From Holosporales bacterium (lineage in GTDB: Bacteria > Pseudomonadota > Alphaproteobacteria > Holosporales > CAZGKG01): a DNA stretch of 64,000 bases. The position numbers were made by a program, and so were the translations under genes. Shown here one piece after another: positions 8,976 through 19,038 of the stretch (positions are counted from its first letter, which is position 1; every line of letters begins with the position of its first letter). The DNA lies in contig JBIKIF010000001.1 in NCBI GenBank assembly GCA_044361745.1, positions 16,104-80,103 of the forward strand, read 5' to 3'. The notes beneath the pieces were generated by a model. The model was not told where the DNA came from. It worked only from the letters and a program-made list of their open reading frames with translations, and did no database searches.

Positions 8976-9734
8976 ATGACCAAGATTAAAAACAATCAAT
9001 CTTTTTTTGGGGCGATTGCGGATAAGGCACGGATTCAAGGTCTTTTTGGGCGTGTGGCGCCTGCTTACGATCGAATGAACGATATCATGAGCTTGGGACT
9101 CCATCGGTGTTGGAAAGACACTTTTGTCTCTGGTTTGCCTTTGGACCACTTGCCTGCTTCCCAGGGTCGTACAATCATTCTGGATGTGGCTTCAGGGACT
9201 GGGGACATTGGGGTGCGGATTCAAAAGCGCCTTGTGAGTCATCTTTTTCTGGCCAACAATCCGCTTCTTGTTATTTCGGATTTAAACGAGCCTATGCTCA
9301 GGGTGGGATTGGGGCGTGTGGCAGGGGCGCCTTCTGTGATTGCGGACGCCCTTCATCTTCCTTTTGCGGACCGATCCGTGTCCCTTTATACTGTCGCGTT
9401 TGGCCTGCGAAATATGGCAAGCACAGAGGGTGCGTTGGAGGAAGCTTTTCGTGTTCTGGCTCCTGGAGGGTTTTTCTATTGCTTAGAGTTTAGTGAAATT
9501 GCTTCTCCATGGCTTTCCGGGCTGTACGAAATGTATGGGCGGGTGATTCCGTCCCTGGGGTCTTTGTTTGCCAAGGATGGAGAGGCCTACCAGTATCTTG
9601 TTCAAAGCATCCAAGCGTTCCCAGGGCCTCAACTTTTGGAGGCGTTAGTTCAGGACGAAGGGTTTACAGACACCGGATTCCGCTTGCTTTCCGGTGGATT
9701 GGTCGCGATCCATTGGGGGAGAAAGCCCAGCTGA
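8976..9734 (+). CDS. ubiE: Ubiquinone/menaquinone biosynthesis C-methyltransferase UbiE
   Basis: VAPAYDRMNDIMSLGLHRCWK and the SAM motif ILDVASGTGDI are present, and the C-terminal half is UbiE-like. Start taken at MTKIKNN (8976); the track ORF begins at 8928. Confidence 0.85.
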   Translation: MTKIKNNQSFFGAIADKARIQGLFGRVAPAYDRMNDIMSLGLHRCWKDTFVSGLPLDHLPASQGRTIILDVASGTGDIGVRIQKRLVSHLFLANNPLLVISDLNEPMLRVGLGRVAGAPSVIADALHLPFADRSVSLYTVAFGLRNMASTEGALEEAFRVLAPGGFFYCLEFSEIASPWLSGLYEMYGRVIPSLGSLFAKDGEAYQYLVQSIQAFPGPQLLEALVQDEGFTDTGFRLLSGGLVAIHWGRKPS

Positions 9735-9910
9735 TCGCTGATTGAGAGAGAACACTTTGCATCTGCCTTGTTTTTACGTAGAATGCTTTCAGCGTCTTGG
9801 GGAAAGTCTTTCAAGGCGACGTCTCATGTGACCCCACTTTCCAGTGGTGCTTCTGCTGCGGCAGATCCATTCCTCTGGGGGTTGCAGTGGTTTAACTGGA
9901 AAACAAAGGA

Positions 9911-10720
9911 ATGATTATGTCTGAATTAACTCAATTTACACTCCGTCAGCTGTTTACAGCTGGTGTTCATTTTGGTCACCATACTCGTCGTTGGAACCCG
10001 AAAATGCGTCCTTATATTTTTGGCGCGCGGGATAAGATCCACATCATTAACTTAGAACAAACCGTTGGATGTCTGACCCGCGCTTTAGATGCGGTCCGAG
10101 GGATCGCCTCGAGTGGAGGACGGGTTCTTTTTGTGGGAACCAAGCCCCAAGCATCTGAGCTTGTGAAAGAAGCAGCGCTTCGGTGTGGTCAATATTATGT
10201 GAATCACCGCTGGTTAGGTGGAACGCTGACAAACTGGGGCACTATTTCTAAGTCCATTAAGCGCTTGAAAGAGTTAAAGCATCAGATTGAAACGGGGGAG
10301 ATCAAAAAATACACCAAGAAAGAGCAGCTTGAGTTTGAGCGGAGCTATTTGAAGCTTGAGTCTTTTCTAGGGGGCATCAAAGATATGGGTGGGCTGCCGG
10401 ATGTGTTGGTGGTCATTGATACGAACAAAGAAAAGATTGCCATTGGAGAGGCTCATCGTCTCAACATCCCTGTGGTTGCGATTATTGACACCAACTCAAA
10501 TCCTGATCATATCATCTATCCGATTCCTGGAAATGATGATGCGTCTCGTGCCATTAAGCTGTATTGTCACCTGTTGTCTGGTGCGGTTGTGGAAGGAATT
10601 AAGGCAGACATGGTCTCAAAAGGCATTGACCTTGGAGATATGGTCCAGGTGCCAGGCGTGATTGCAGAAGCCATGGAAGAAGTGATTGCGGAATCTGTTC
10701 AAATATCTGCCTCAGAATAA
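9911..10720 (+). CDS. rpsB: 30S ribosomal protein S2
   Basis: [25 protein letters not shown]...[10 protein letters not shown] is the canonical S2 sequence. Confidence 0.95.
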   Translation: MIMSELTQFTLRQLFTAGVHFGHHTRRWNPKMRPYIFGARDKIHIINLEQTVGCLTRALDAVRGIASSGGRVLFVGTKPQASELVKEAALRCGQYYVNHRWLGGTLTNWGTISKSIKRLKELKHQIETGEIKKYTKKEQLEFERSYLKLESFLGGIKDMGGLPDVLVVIDTNKEKIAIGEAHRLNIPVVAIIDTNSNPDHIIYPIPGNDDASRAIKLYCHLLSGAVVEGIKADMVSKGIDLGDMVQVPGVIAEAMEEVIAESVQISASE

Positions 10721-10732
10721 GGATCAAAAATA

Positions 10733-11656
10733 ATGGTGACACCAGAAAAAATTAAAACTCTCCGGGAAACCACGGGCGCTGGATTTATGGATTGTAAAAA
10801 GGCGCTGACAGAATCCGAAGGATCTGTTGAAAAAGCGGTGGATTGGTTGCGGACCAAGGGTCTTGCGGCGGCTGCTAAAAAAGCAGGGCGCGTCACGGCG
10901 GAAGGTCTTGTGGGGGTTGTTCAGAAGGGGCCCTGGGCTGTGGCTCTTGAGGTGAACTCCGAAACAGATTTTGTGGCCAGAAACGACAAATTTCAGGGGT
11001 TTTTCAACTCTCTGTTAGAGATTATATCTTCCCAGAAAATTGAAACGCTAGAGACTCTTCAGAAATCTGTTTTGCCGACGGGTCGCAGTGTCGATGAAGA
11101 ACTCTCTGTGCAAGTGGCAACGATTGGAGAGTCTCTCAATATACGGCGTCTTGAGGCTCTTTCTGTAACTCAGGGTGTTGTGGCTTCTTATATTCATAGC
11201 GCTGTCAGTCCGCAATTGGGTCGGATTGCTGTTCTTGTCGCTCTTGAGAGTGCGTCCACTGAGACTTCCCTTCTCAATGATTTGGGCCGTCAAATTGCGA
11301 TGCATGTTGCAGCCACCAAGCCGCTGTTTTTAAAAGTGGCGGATGTCGATCAAGAGAATCTCACCCGTGAAAAAACAGTTTTGACAGAACAGGCACGGGC
11401 TTCTGGACGTCCGGAAGATGTGATTGAAAAAATGGTTTCGGGTCGTTTGCGGAAATACTTTGAGGAAGTTGTTCTTGAGGAGCAAATTTTTGTTGTGGAT
11501 GGCGTCACCCGCATTGCAGATCTCATTGCAGGTGCAGAAAAAACAGTAGGTGCGCCTGTGATGTTGAAAGGATTTTCCCGGATCGCTCTGGGTGAAGGCA
11601 TTGATAAGCCCACAACAGACTTTGCGGCAGAGGTTCAAGCTCAGGCACAACTTTAA
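10733..11656 (+). CDS. tsf: Elongation factor Ts
   Basis: IKTLRETTGAGFMDCKKAL...AVDWLRTKGLAAAAKKAGR is present, and the gene follows rpsB. Confidence 0.95.
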   Translation: MVTPEKIKTLRETTGAGFMDCKKALTESEGSVEKAVDWLRTKGLAAAAKKAGRVTAEGLVGVVQKGPWAVALEVNSETDFVARNDKFQGFFNSLLEIISSQKIETLETLQKSVLPTGRSVDEELSVQVATIGESLNIRRLEALSVTQGVVASYIHSAVSPQLGRIAVLVALESASTETSLLNDLGRQIAMHVAATKPLFLKVADVDQENLTREKTVLTEQARASGRPEDVIEKMVSGRLRKYFEEVVLEEQIFVVDGVTRIADLIAGAEKTVGAPVMLKGFSRIALGEGIDKPTTDFAAEVQAQAQL

Positions 11657-11665
11657 GAGTCTCCA

Positions 11666-11699
11666 CAGAAAGAATGTTCCACGTGGAACATTCTTTCTG
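11666..11699. repeat. 34-bp perfect palindrome CAGAAAGAATGTTCCAC|GTGGAACATTCTTTCTG, 10 nt after the tsf stop
   Basis: Verified base by base; the 17-bp arms have no spacer and a central CACGTG. It could form a hairpin terminator for tsf but has no clear U-tract. A degenerate second copy lies at 11873-11892. Confidence 0.9.
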
Positions 11700-11873
11700 G
11701 ATGGGGAATTTTCTTACGGTTATCCCCTCCAAAAAACCAGAGAGCATTGTGTTCAAGGCATAATCCAGGATTCAACTGGAGAGATTTTTTTTTGAGGTTT
11801 ATGGGTCAGTGATTCTTTTGCTTCCATCTTCTTCCAATATGTCAGGTATGGCCGAATCGTGTATTCAAAAGGG

Positions 11874-12626
11874 ATGTTTCACGTGGAACATTTAAACCAA
11901 TGGATTGAAAGACAACATCCAAAGCGTGTTTTAATTAAAATTTCTGGAGAAGCCCTCGCGGGGCCCCAAGGATATGGCTTTGATGCTTCTTTTATTCGCT
12001 CTTTTCTGACTCAGATTGCAGAGCTTCCCTCCTCTTGGGACGTGGCTCTCTTGGTGGGAGGGGGTAATTTTTTTCGAGGCGCTCAAGAAACCGAGCTTTC
12101 CCGTGGTGTGGCAGACCAAGTGGGAATCCTGGCAACGGTGATGAACGGTCTTGCCCTTCAGGACGAATGGAATCGTCGTGGAGGCCGTGCAACGTTGTTT
12201 TCAAACCTGATGATGGATGGCTTCGCTCAGCCATTTATCCAAGCCCAATGTGAGTCTTATTTTGGCCCTGGGTGTCTTCCCATTTTTGTCGGTGGGTCTG
12301 GCCATCCTTATTTTACAACAGATACGGCGGCTGTTTTGTGGGCTCTGCGTTCTAAGTGTTCTTTGCTTGTGAAAGGAACCAAAGTGGATGGACTGTACGA
12401 TCGGGACCCGATGTGTGATTCCAATGCACGCTTTTATCCATTTGCAAGTTATGATCAAGTTGTGAGAGAAAATTTGCGTGCGATGGATTTGACAGCGATT
12501 ACTCTTGCCAAAGAAAACAATCTTCCTCTTGTTTTGCTCAATATTCAGAAACCTAACGGTCTCCTGGAAGCTTTTGCGGGAGCGGCTCCTCTGACCTGGA
12601 TTCATACTTCTAACACAAAGGATTAA
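11874..12626 (+). CDS. pyrH: UMP kinase
   Basis: KRVLIKISGEALAG...LLVGGGNFFRG...FTTDTAA is present. The start is ambiguous: ATG 11874 lies inside the second palindrome copy, and GTG 11859 is used in the track. Confidence 0.9.
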   Translation: MFHVEHLNQWIERQHPKRVLIKISGEALAGPQGYGFDASFIRSFLTQIAELPSSWDVALLVGGGNFFRGAQETELSRGVADQVGILATVMNGLALQDEWNRRGGRATLFSNLMMDGFAQPFIQAQCESYFGPGCLPIFVGGSGHPYFTTDTAAVLWALRSKCSLLVKGTKVDGLYDRDPMCDSNARFYPFASYDQVVRENLRAMDLTAITLAKENNLPLVLLNIQKPNGLLEAFAGAAPLTWIHTSNTKD

Positions 12627-12630
12627 TTCC

Positions 12631-13188
12631 ATGCATGATGATTTAAAAGCGGATTTGAAAAGGCGGATGACATCAAGTTGTGATGTTTTTTCAAAAGAAC
12701 TTCAGGGGCTCCGGACAGGACGGGCGTCTCCTCAATTGCTAGAACCGGTTCTGGTGGAAGCTTATGGATCGAAAACACCCCTCAATCAAGTGGGAAATAT
12801 TCAAATTTTAGAGCCCCGTTTGTTGGGGGTTCAAGTTTGGGATCAGGGGTTGGTTAAAGCAGTTGAAAAAGCCATTCGGGAGAGTGGACTTGGGCTCAAT
12901 CCTTCTGCAGATGGAGCTCTTGTGCGGGTCCCTTTGCCAGATTTAACTGCCGAGCGTCGTAAAGACCTCGTGAAGCTTGCCCATAAATATGCAGAAGAAA
13001 CCCGCGTGGCGGTCCGCTCGGTGCGTAGAGATGGCATGGACATGATTAAAAAACTTGAAAAGGATAAGAAAATTTCTGAAGACGAGGGGCGTCAAATCTC
13101 TGATGATATTCAGAAACTGACAGATTCTTTTGTGCAGCAGATTGATGCGCTTTTGGTGACGAAAGAAAAAGATATCCTGACTGTTTAA
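12631..13188 (+). CDS. frr: Ribosome recycling factor
   Basis: 185 aa, with LQGLRTGRASPQLLE...LGLNP...RVPLPDLTAERRKDLVK. Confidence 0.95.
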   Translation: MHDDLKADLKRRMTSSCDVFSKELQGLRTGRASPQLLEPVLVEAYGSKTPLNQVGNIQILEPRLLGVQVWDQGLVKAVEKAIRESGLGLNPSADGALVRVPLPDLTAERRKDLVKLAHKYAEETRVAVRSVRRDGMDMIKKLEKDKKISEDEGRQISDDIQKLTDSFVQQIDALLVTKEKDILTV

Positions 13189-13278
13189 GGCACCATCCTC
13201 GATGACACAGAAAGAGGGACGTTTCTATAGATATACGAGCTTTGATCTGACGTTTTCACGTTTAAAAATCGATCTTGT

Positions 13279-14022
13279 GTGATTGTCAGTGTTTCTTCGG
13301 AACTCTGCAAAATGACTTTTGAAAAAAGTGACCAGCTTTCGGACGATGAGATGGCGTTTCAGCTTTATGATCGCCTGAGTTTCCGGCAGTTTGTGGGGCT
13401 GAGAGAATTGGATCGTTTCCCGGATTCGAAGACTATTGGGCTGTTTAAGAATGGTCTGGCGGCTTCGGGCGCCCACCTGGAGGTCTTGGGCTACCGGGCT
13501 CAAAAAGGTCAACTCATCGATGCCAGCATCCAATAAGTTCGCAAGCCAAGAAGTTTGGTCCCAGAGGACTTATGAGACAGAGGCTGGGAAAGCGCAGCAC
13601 GACACAGACGCCACGTTTACAAAGAAGGGGAGCAAGACGTATTTTGGGTACAAGAATCACGTCAGTTTAGACGAGCGTTTTGGTTTTGTGAGGCGTTACG
13701 GAGTGTCTTTCAGGAGAGTCAAGTCTTTGAGGATGTGTTTGACGCAAGCAAGATGGGCTCCAACCTGTATGAAGACACCGCTTACCGTGGAGGTTTGATG
13801 GATGGATTTGTGGAAGAAAAACTTCTGACGGATAAACGGCAGCACCGGGCGTATTGGGGAAAGCCGCTCAAGGAGCATCAAAAACACGCCAATAAATCCA
13901 GGGGCAAAGTTCGGGGGAAGGTAGAGCCTATGTTTGCATGGAACAAAAACGGGCGACAACGGTTTCAGATTCCCAGCATTGGTACGTGTGGGATTTTCTA
14001 TCGACATGCACACCTTGATTGA
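13279..14022 (+). pseudogene. Decayed IS5-family transposase (at least three frame fragments, truncated N-terminus)
   Basis: Three overlapping track ORFs (13279-13536, 13436-13798, 13735-14022) carry successive IS5-type segments: LSDDEMAFQLYDRLSFRQFVGL..PDSKTI; DTDATFTKKGSKTYFGYKNHV; and YEDTAYRGG...SRGKVRGKVEPMFAW. No intact frame or clear terminal inverted repeats were found. Confidence 0.7.
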
Positions 14023-14313
14023 TCATATGCGCCCGCTGATTTTCTTGTCTGATGAAGTTGTTTATCAAGATTATTGCGCCAGCCCCCCTTAAATCAATCT
14101 CAAAAAATATAAAATTCCCAAAGAGCCCGCCTTTGCACATTTGCAGCCTTCCGCTGCAGGTGAACATTCAGAATCACGGATGAATCGAGGTGCCGCTCAC
14201 TCAAAAAATAAAGAAAGTTTTTTTATTTTGATGAAAGCTTCTATCATAGAATTCCATTTGCGCTGATTTAACAGCATGAGATTTGGCAGGCCTCTGGAGT
14301 GAGCTAAGCCCTT

Positions 14314-16992
14314 CTACCCATGGGCCTCTTCCCAGGTTCGTCCGGTCCCGGTGTCAACGACCAGAGGGACGGACAGGGTCAGGGGGGTGGTCATGAGGTT
14401 CTTGAGGTCAGGGGTGAGGGACATGATCTCTTGGGCCGGGCCTTCAAAGAGAAGCTCGTCATGAATTTGAAGGACTAAGCGGGTGGCGCAGGCTTGCTCT
14501 TTCAGGAATGCGTGGATGTTGATCATGGCCTTTTTAATGAGCTCCGCCGCGGTGCCTTGAAGAGGGGCGTTGATAGCCTGGCGTTCTGCCCCCATCCGGA
14601 GAGCATGGTTTTTGTCATGAATTTTTGGGATGAAACAGCGGCGGCCTGCCAAGGTTTCCACGTAACCATGGGTTCGGGCGAAGGCTTTCGTTTCCTCCAT
14701 ATAGCGGACGATGCCGTGATAATGGGCCAGGTATTCTTCAATAGCCTGGCCCGCCTCTTTGGAAGAGATCCCGAGGCGACTCGCCAGGCCGAAGGGACTG
14801 ATGCCGTAGATGATCCCAAAATTAATCATTTTGGCTTTTCTGCGGAGATCTCGGTCCACTTGATTCAAAGGTACGCGAAAAACTTGGGACGCGGTTTGGG
14901 TGTGGATATCGATCCCTCCTTGGAAGGCCTCGATGAGAGGGGTCACCTGCCCCAGATGGGCTAGCAGGCGCAGTTCAATTTGGGAGTAATCAAAGGATGC
15001 GAGAACACAACCTGGGCGGGCGACAAAAGCTCGTCGGATTCCCCGTCCTTCCTCCGTTCGGATCGGAATGTTCTGAAGGTTCGGGTTTGAGGAGGCCAAG
15101 CGGCCTGTAGATGTGCCCGCCATCACAAAAGATGTGTGAATGCGGCCGGTCTGGGGGTTGATAGATTTGGGCAACGCATCGGTATAGGTTCCCTTGAGTT
15201 TAGCGAAGGTGCGCCAGGACAGAATCCATTTCGCCACTTCGTGCCCTTGGGCCGCCAGGGACTCCAGAACATCAGAGGCAGTACCGTAAGCGCCCGTCTG
15301 GCTTTTCTTTCCACCGGAGAGCTTGAGGGTTTCAAATAAAATCTCCCCCAGTTGTTTGGGGGAGGCAAGATTGAAAGACATCCCAACGTGGCGATAAATC
15401 ATGTCTGAGAGCTGGGTCATCTGGACTTCGAAGACATGGCTAAGGTCCGCAAGGGCTGCTGCGTCCACTTCAATACCTGTGTTCTCAAGAGTGACGAGCA
15501 CCGGAATCAAGGGTCGCTCAAACGTTTCATAGAGGGGAAGAGTGCCGGCCTCTGTCAGCCCTTTTTGCAAAGCCTCCCCAAGGGGTATGAGAATGCGCGT
15601 ACGCTCTGCCAGTGTTTGAAAAGAGTTTACGAGCGTCTCTGGGTCTTTGGTACTTTTGCGTGGGAGAGGTGTGAGGGTTTGATTCAGATGCGTTTGCACA
15701 AGCTGGGGTAGGTCACGGGCCGCTTCATTCCCTTCCAGAATGTCCGCCATCACTAAGAGATCTTCAAATGATTTCGTGTCGATCCCCCAAGCAGTCAAAT
15801 GGTGGAGCATGGGTTTAATGTCATAGGCAATTTTGGTGATGGAGTGGTCTTCTAGGAGAGTCTTGAGAATGGGAATCGCCTGTGGGAGCGTTAAAACATC
15901 CTGGGTGAGAAGGGTGGCCTCTCCCAAGGAGAGAATAGAGGTCTGGTCTCCAGACACGGATAAAGCCAGCGTTCGCTCCCCCTCCAACGTGAGGGCCACC
16001 CGGCCGGTTTGTTGGATTCGACGGGCCAGATCCTCAAGCTCGTTAATTTTTTGAATTTCCCTAAAAGTCACAGATACGGCTAGAGGCTCTGGGGAAGGCC
16101 CAGGGCTTTCAGATAGGGGCGTTTTTTGTTTAAGAAGCCGGGGGAGAAGGGTTTTCAGACCATGGGTTTCAAGAAAGTCTTGGGCCGCCGCTAAGGGGAT
16201 TCCTTGAAAGGCAAGATCGGCGATGGGCACCGGAAGTGGAACGTTTTGAGCCAGCTCTACCAAGCGTCTTGAAATCAAAGCTTGGTCCTTGTAGGTCTGA
16301 AGAAGGTCCCGTCTGCGGGCTTGGGGAATTTGATCTAGATGAAGATAAAGGGTATCGAGGTCTTGGAATTCCTGAATCAGAGCAGCGGCAGTTTTAGGCC
16401 CAATGCCTGGGATTCCGGGTATGTTATCAGAGGCGTCCCCCATGAGTGCTTGGACCTGGACGACCTGATCTGGTGGGACTCCAAATTTTCCAATGACCTC
16501 AAGAATTCCCATCGCCTTGTTTTTCAGGGGATCCCACAGGCGCACAGTGTCTGAGACCAGTTGCATCAAGTCCTTATCAGAGGAAACCAGGGTGACGGGA
16601 AAGCCTGCACGAGTTGCCTCAACTGTATAGCTGGCAAGGAGATCGTCTGCTTCAAATCCGGGGCTTTCCAGGACAGGAAGGCCGAAGGCTGTACATGCTT
16701 CCCGCACCAGAGAAAACTGGGGGATCAAGTCCTCTGGAGGCTCCGAGCGGTTCATTTTATAAGAGGGATAAATGGCTTGCCGGAAAGTCACGCGCCCGAC
16801 ATCAAAGATGATGCCGAGGTTCTGGGGCTTGTGCTCCGCCAATAAGCGCAAAAGCATACTGATAAAGCCATAAACCGCACCAATTGGGAGACCATGAGGG
16901 CTGAGAAGAGGAGGTAAAGCATGAAAAGCGCGGAAGATAAAACCAGAGGCATCGACAAGATAAAATTCGCTTTCGCTTTTATTTGAATTCAA
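14314..16992 (-). CDS. polA: DNA polymerase I
   Basis: 892 aa. It has a 5'-3' exonuclease N-terminus (YLVDASGFIFRAFHALP), a central 3'-5' exonuclease-like domain, and polymerase motifs (DYSQIELRLLAH, QGTAAELIK, QIHDELLFE). Confidence 0.95.
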   Translation of the reverse strand: MNSNKSESEFYLVDASGFIFRAFHALPPLLSPHGLPIGAVYGFISMLLRLLAEHKPQNLGIIFDVGRVTFRQAIYPSYKMNRSEPPEDLIPQFSLVREACTAFGLPVLESPGFEADDLLASYTVEATRAGFPVTLVSSDKDLMQLVSDTVRLWDPLKNKAMGILEVIGKFGVPPDQVVQVQALMGDASDNIPGIPGIGPKTAAALIQEFQDLDTLYLHLDQIPQARRRDLLQTYKDQALISRRLVELAQNVPLPVPIADLAFQGIPLAAAQDFLETHGLKTLLPRLLKQKTPLSESPGPSPEPLAVSVTFREIQKINELEDLARRIQQTGRVALTLEGERTLALSVSGDQTSILSLGEATLLTQDVLTLPQAIPILKTLLEDHSITKIAYDIKPMLHHLTAWGIDTKSFEDLLVMADILEGNEAARDLPQLVQTHLNQTLTPLPRKSTKDPETLVNSFQTLAERTRILIPLGEALQKGLTEAGTLPLYETFERPLIPVLVTLENTGIEVDAAALADLSHVFEVQMTQLSDMIYRHVGMSFNLASPKQLGEILFETLKLSGGKKSQTGAYGTASDVLESLAAQGHEVAKWILSWRTFAKLKGTYTDALPKSINPQTGRIHTSFVMAGTSTGRLASSNPNLQNIPIRTEEGRGIRRAFVARPGCVLASFDYSQIELRLLAHLGQVTPLIEAFQGGIDIHTQTASQVFRVPLNQVDRDLRRKAKMINFGIIYGISPFGLASRLGISSKEAGQAIEEYLAHYHGIVRYMEETKAFARTHGYVETLAGRRCFIPKIHDKNHALRMGAERQAINAPLQGTAAELIKKAMINIHAFLKEQACATRLVLQIHDELLFEGPAQEIMSLTPDLKNLMTTPLTLSVPLVVDTGTGRTWEEAHG

Positions 16993-17045
16993 AGGCCTCT
17001 CCTTATTTTATAATTATAATATAAAAAATAAAACGAATATTTTCC

Positions 17046-17167
17046 ATTAAAGGAATTTTATTTTTGTTACATGGAGCAAAAGTTTTTTCTTTTTTCTATC
17101 AAAATAATACAAAAAACAAAAAATATTTGCCTTTAAAAGGTGTTATATTTTTGTTACATTAAGCAAA
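17046..17167. repeat. Two copies of a roughly 32-bp direct repeat (core TATTTTTGTTACAT..AGCAAA), 87 bp apart, in the polA/porin divergent intergenic region
   Basis: An identical 14-mer sits at 17059-17072 and 17146-17159, with flanking similarity (AAAGG upstream, AGCAAA downstream), about 27/32 overall by hand alignment. Confidence 0.6.
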
Positions 17168-17262
17168 CGGTTCATGAAAAATCAAAATAAAGACTTGATT
17201 ATGTGCAGCTTCCCATTTTACTGTCCTGTTAGCTCTGTACGGGATATTAAGAAGGAATTCAT

Positions 17263-18735
17263 ATGAATAGTAAACAATCTAGCGTGCTCCTGGTCCTCTC
17301 CCTCTGCGGGGCGAGTGTTTGTTCGGTCACTGCTGCCTTCGCTGATCAGGTGTCTCCTAAAGGCTCTCAGTTTAAAGGACCTGTTGTTTCGATTCCTGCC
17401 TTGAAAAAGCCTGTGCCTCAAAAGCGGTTTATTGTTGTGCAAAAGCCAAAAAAGCCTGCAGTGACTGTCACGGGAAGCCTTGGATTTAACGCAATACTTG
17501 GATCCCAAGATAATAAATTTATGAACACAGTCCAGACCTCCACCGATGCCGCCGGAGCTCCGAAAACGACTGTTACGAGTGAAAAAAATCGTGAAGACAG
17601 CAACATGTTTGGCCTCTATGGAGCCCACATTGAGTTCCAGGTGAAGAATGCTCTCAGGTCTCCTCTCTTCAACACGTGGTCTGCCAATATCGTCTTGAGT
17701 GCAGATCGGGACAAATACGCCTCTGCTGCGGGGAAAGCCGTCAAGCGGGCGTATCTGACCTTTAGGGGCGCTGGTGGGCTTGCTCTTTATCTTGGGAATT
17801 ATCAAGGCGTTGAAGGTCTCGTCTCCTATTCTGGGAACAACCTTGCAGGTGTTGATGGGGGTATTGAGGCGAATTGGAATTCCATCCTGTCCCCTGCGTT
17901 TGGAACATATACAGTGGTGAATCAAGTTGGCTCTACCGCAGAGGCGACCAAAATTACCCTGCTCTCTCCGCGGTTTGGGGGGGTTCGTTTAGGCGCAAGT
18001 TATACGCCAAGCTCCAATCAATATGGATCCATGTCTCAAAACACGTCTCGGAACTTGCTCTCAAGCACGACTCCTGGGACCTCTGAAAACCTTGCGATGA
18101 CCATGGATTATCTGACCTATATTGGGCAAGATTTAAAACTGAAGCTCTCAGGGACCTGGATTACGGCGAATGCCCGTACGGAAGCTCCTGGTGCGGAATT
18201 TGTAGCTGATAGCATGGCGCGCAATAAGGTCAACTCTTGGGCTCTCGGTGGCGTGCTGGAATACAAAAATTTGAGCTTTGCTGCAGAATACCAGAATGGC
18301 GGGAAATCTCTCCAGTTTTCCAACGATCGCACTTTAGACGGGGAAAAAATCACATTGCCTGATGGCAAAACTGCTGATACAGTCGATGATTTCCCTCTTG
18401 CGTACACGGCGTCCAAAGCGAAAGCGCCTCAGCAATTTAACGTAGGCGTTCGGTGGGTTCAGGCTCCTTACAAGTTTTCCGCGATTTATATGCAAAGCTG
18501 GCGGAAAACAGGGTTTGGAGATGCATCAGCCAAAGCGAAAATTCTCAACTTGTCTGTGACACGGAATATTGCGCCGGGGCTTGATGTCTATCTTTCTGGA
18601 TTTGATATCAAAACAACAAACCCTGCCGCAAACTCTGAGGCGATTCTCCAGTCCCAGAATGGGAACCTGAAAGTTCCGGCTGTGACGGATAACAAAGGAA
18701 AAATCCTCATTGCAGGTGTGAAGACGAACTTCTAA
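17263..18735 (+). CDS. Outer-membrane porin-like beta-barrel protein
   Basis: 490 aa with signal peptide MNSKQSSVLLVLSLCGASVCSVTAAFA and alternating amphipathic segments. It ends in ...IAGVKTNF; a C-terminal Phe is typical of OM beta-barrels. The subfamily was not identified. Confidence 0.7.
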   Translation: MNSKQSSVLLVLSLCGASVCSVTAAFADQVSPKGSQFKGPVVSIPALKKPVPQKRFIVVQKPKKPAVTVTGSLGFNAILGSQDNKFMNTVQTSTDAAGAPKTTVTSEKNREDSNMFGLYGAHIEFQVKNALRSPLFNTWSANIVLSADRDKYASAAGKAVKRAYLTFRGAGGLALYLGNYQGVEGLVSYSGNNLAGVDGGIEANWNSILSPAFGTYTVVNQVGSTAEATKITLLSPRFGGVRLGASYTPSSNQYGSMSQNTSRNLLSSTTPGTSENLAMTMDYLTYIGQDLKLKLSGTWITANARTEAPGAEFVADSMARNKVNSWALGGVLEYKNLSFAAEYQNGGKSLQFSNDRTLDGEKITLPDGKTADTVDDFPLAYTASKAKAPQQFNVGVRWVQAPYKFSAIYMQSWRKTGFGDASAKAKILNLSVTRNIAPGLDVYLSGFDIKTTNPAANSEAILQSQNGNLKVPAVTDNKGKILIAGVKTNF

Positions 18736-18747
18736 TCTCAACTCTAT

Positions 18748-18804
18748 CCCCTCATCCCTCACCGGGTTTCCAACACGTGTGTGAGAAAGATGGGAGGGTT
18801 TTTT
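18748..18804 (+). terminator. Putative Rho-independent terminator after the porin gene
   Basis: An imperfect, bulged stem (CCCTCATCCCTCAC ... GTGAGAAAGATGGGAGGG) is followed by TTTTTTATT, 13 nt after the stop. Confidence 0.45.
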
Positions 18805-19038
18805 ATTGGGATCGATTTTTATGTCACCACTGGCCTGAGAGGATCCCTAAGTTTTTCTTGGAAACGAACCGAGCCGGATCTATTTTGAGACCGTCTATGG
18901 TGTGCCAATGGTTCCCGGATGGAGATTTCAAAAGCGAGCCAGCCCGCAGAAACTCTAGCCCCGGGAGGGCATTAACGACAGAATTGATGACATGACATTT
19001 TTGAGAGATGTCATCATCGATCTGAGAATTCATCAGAC

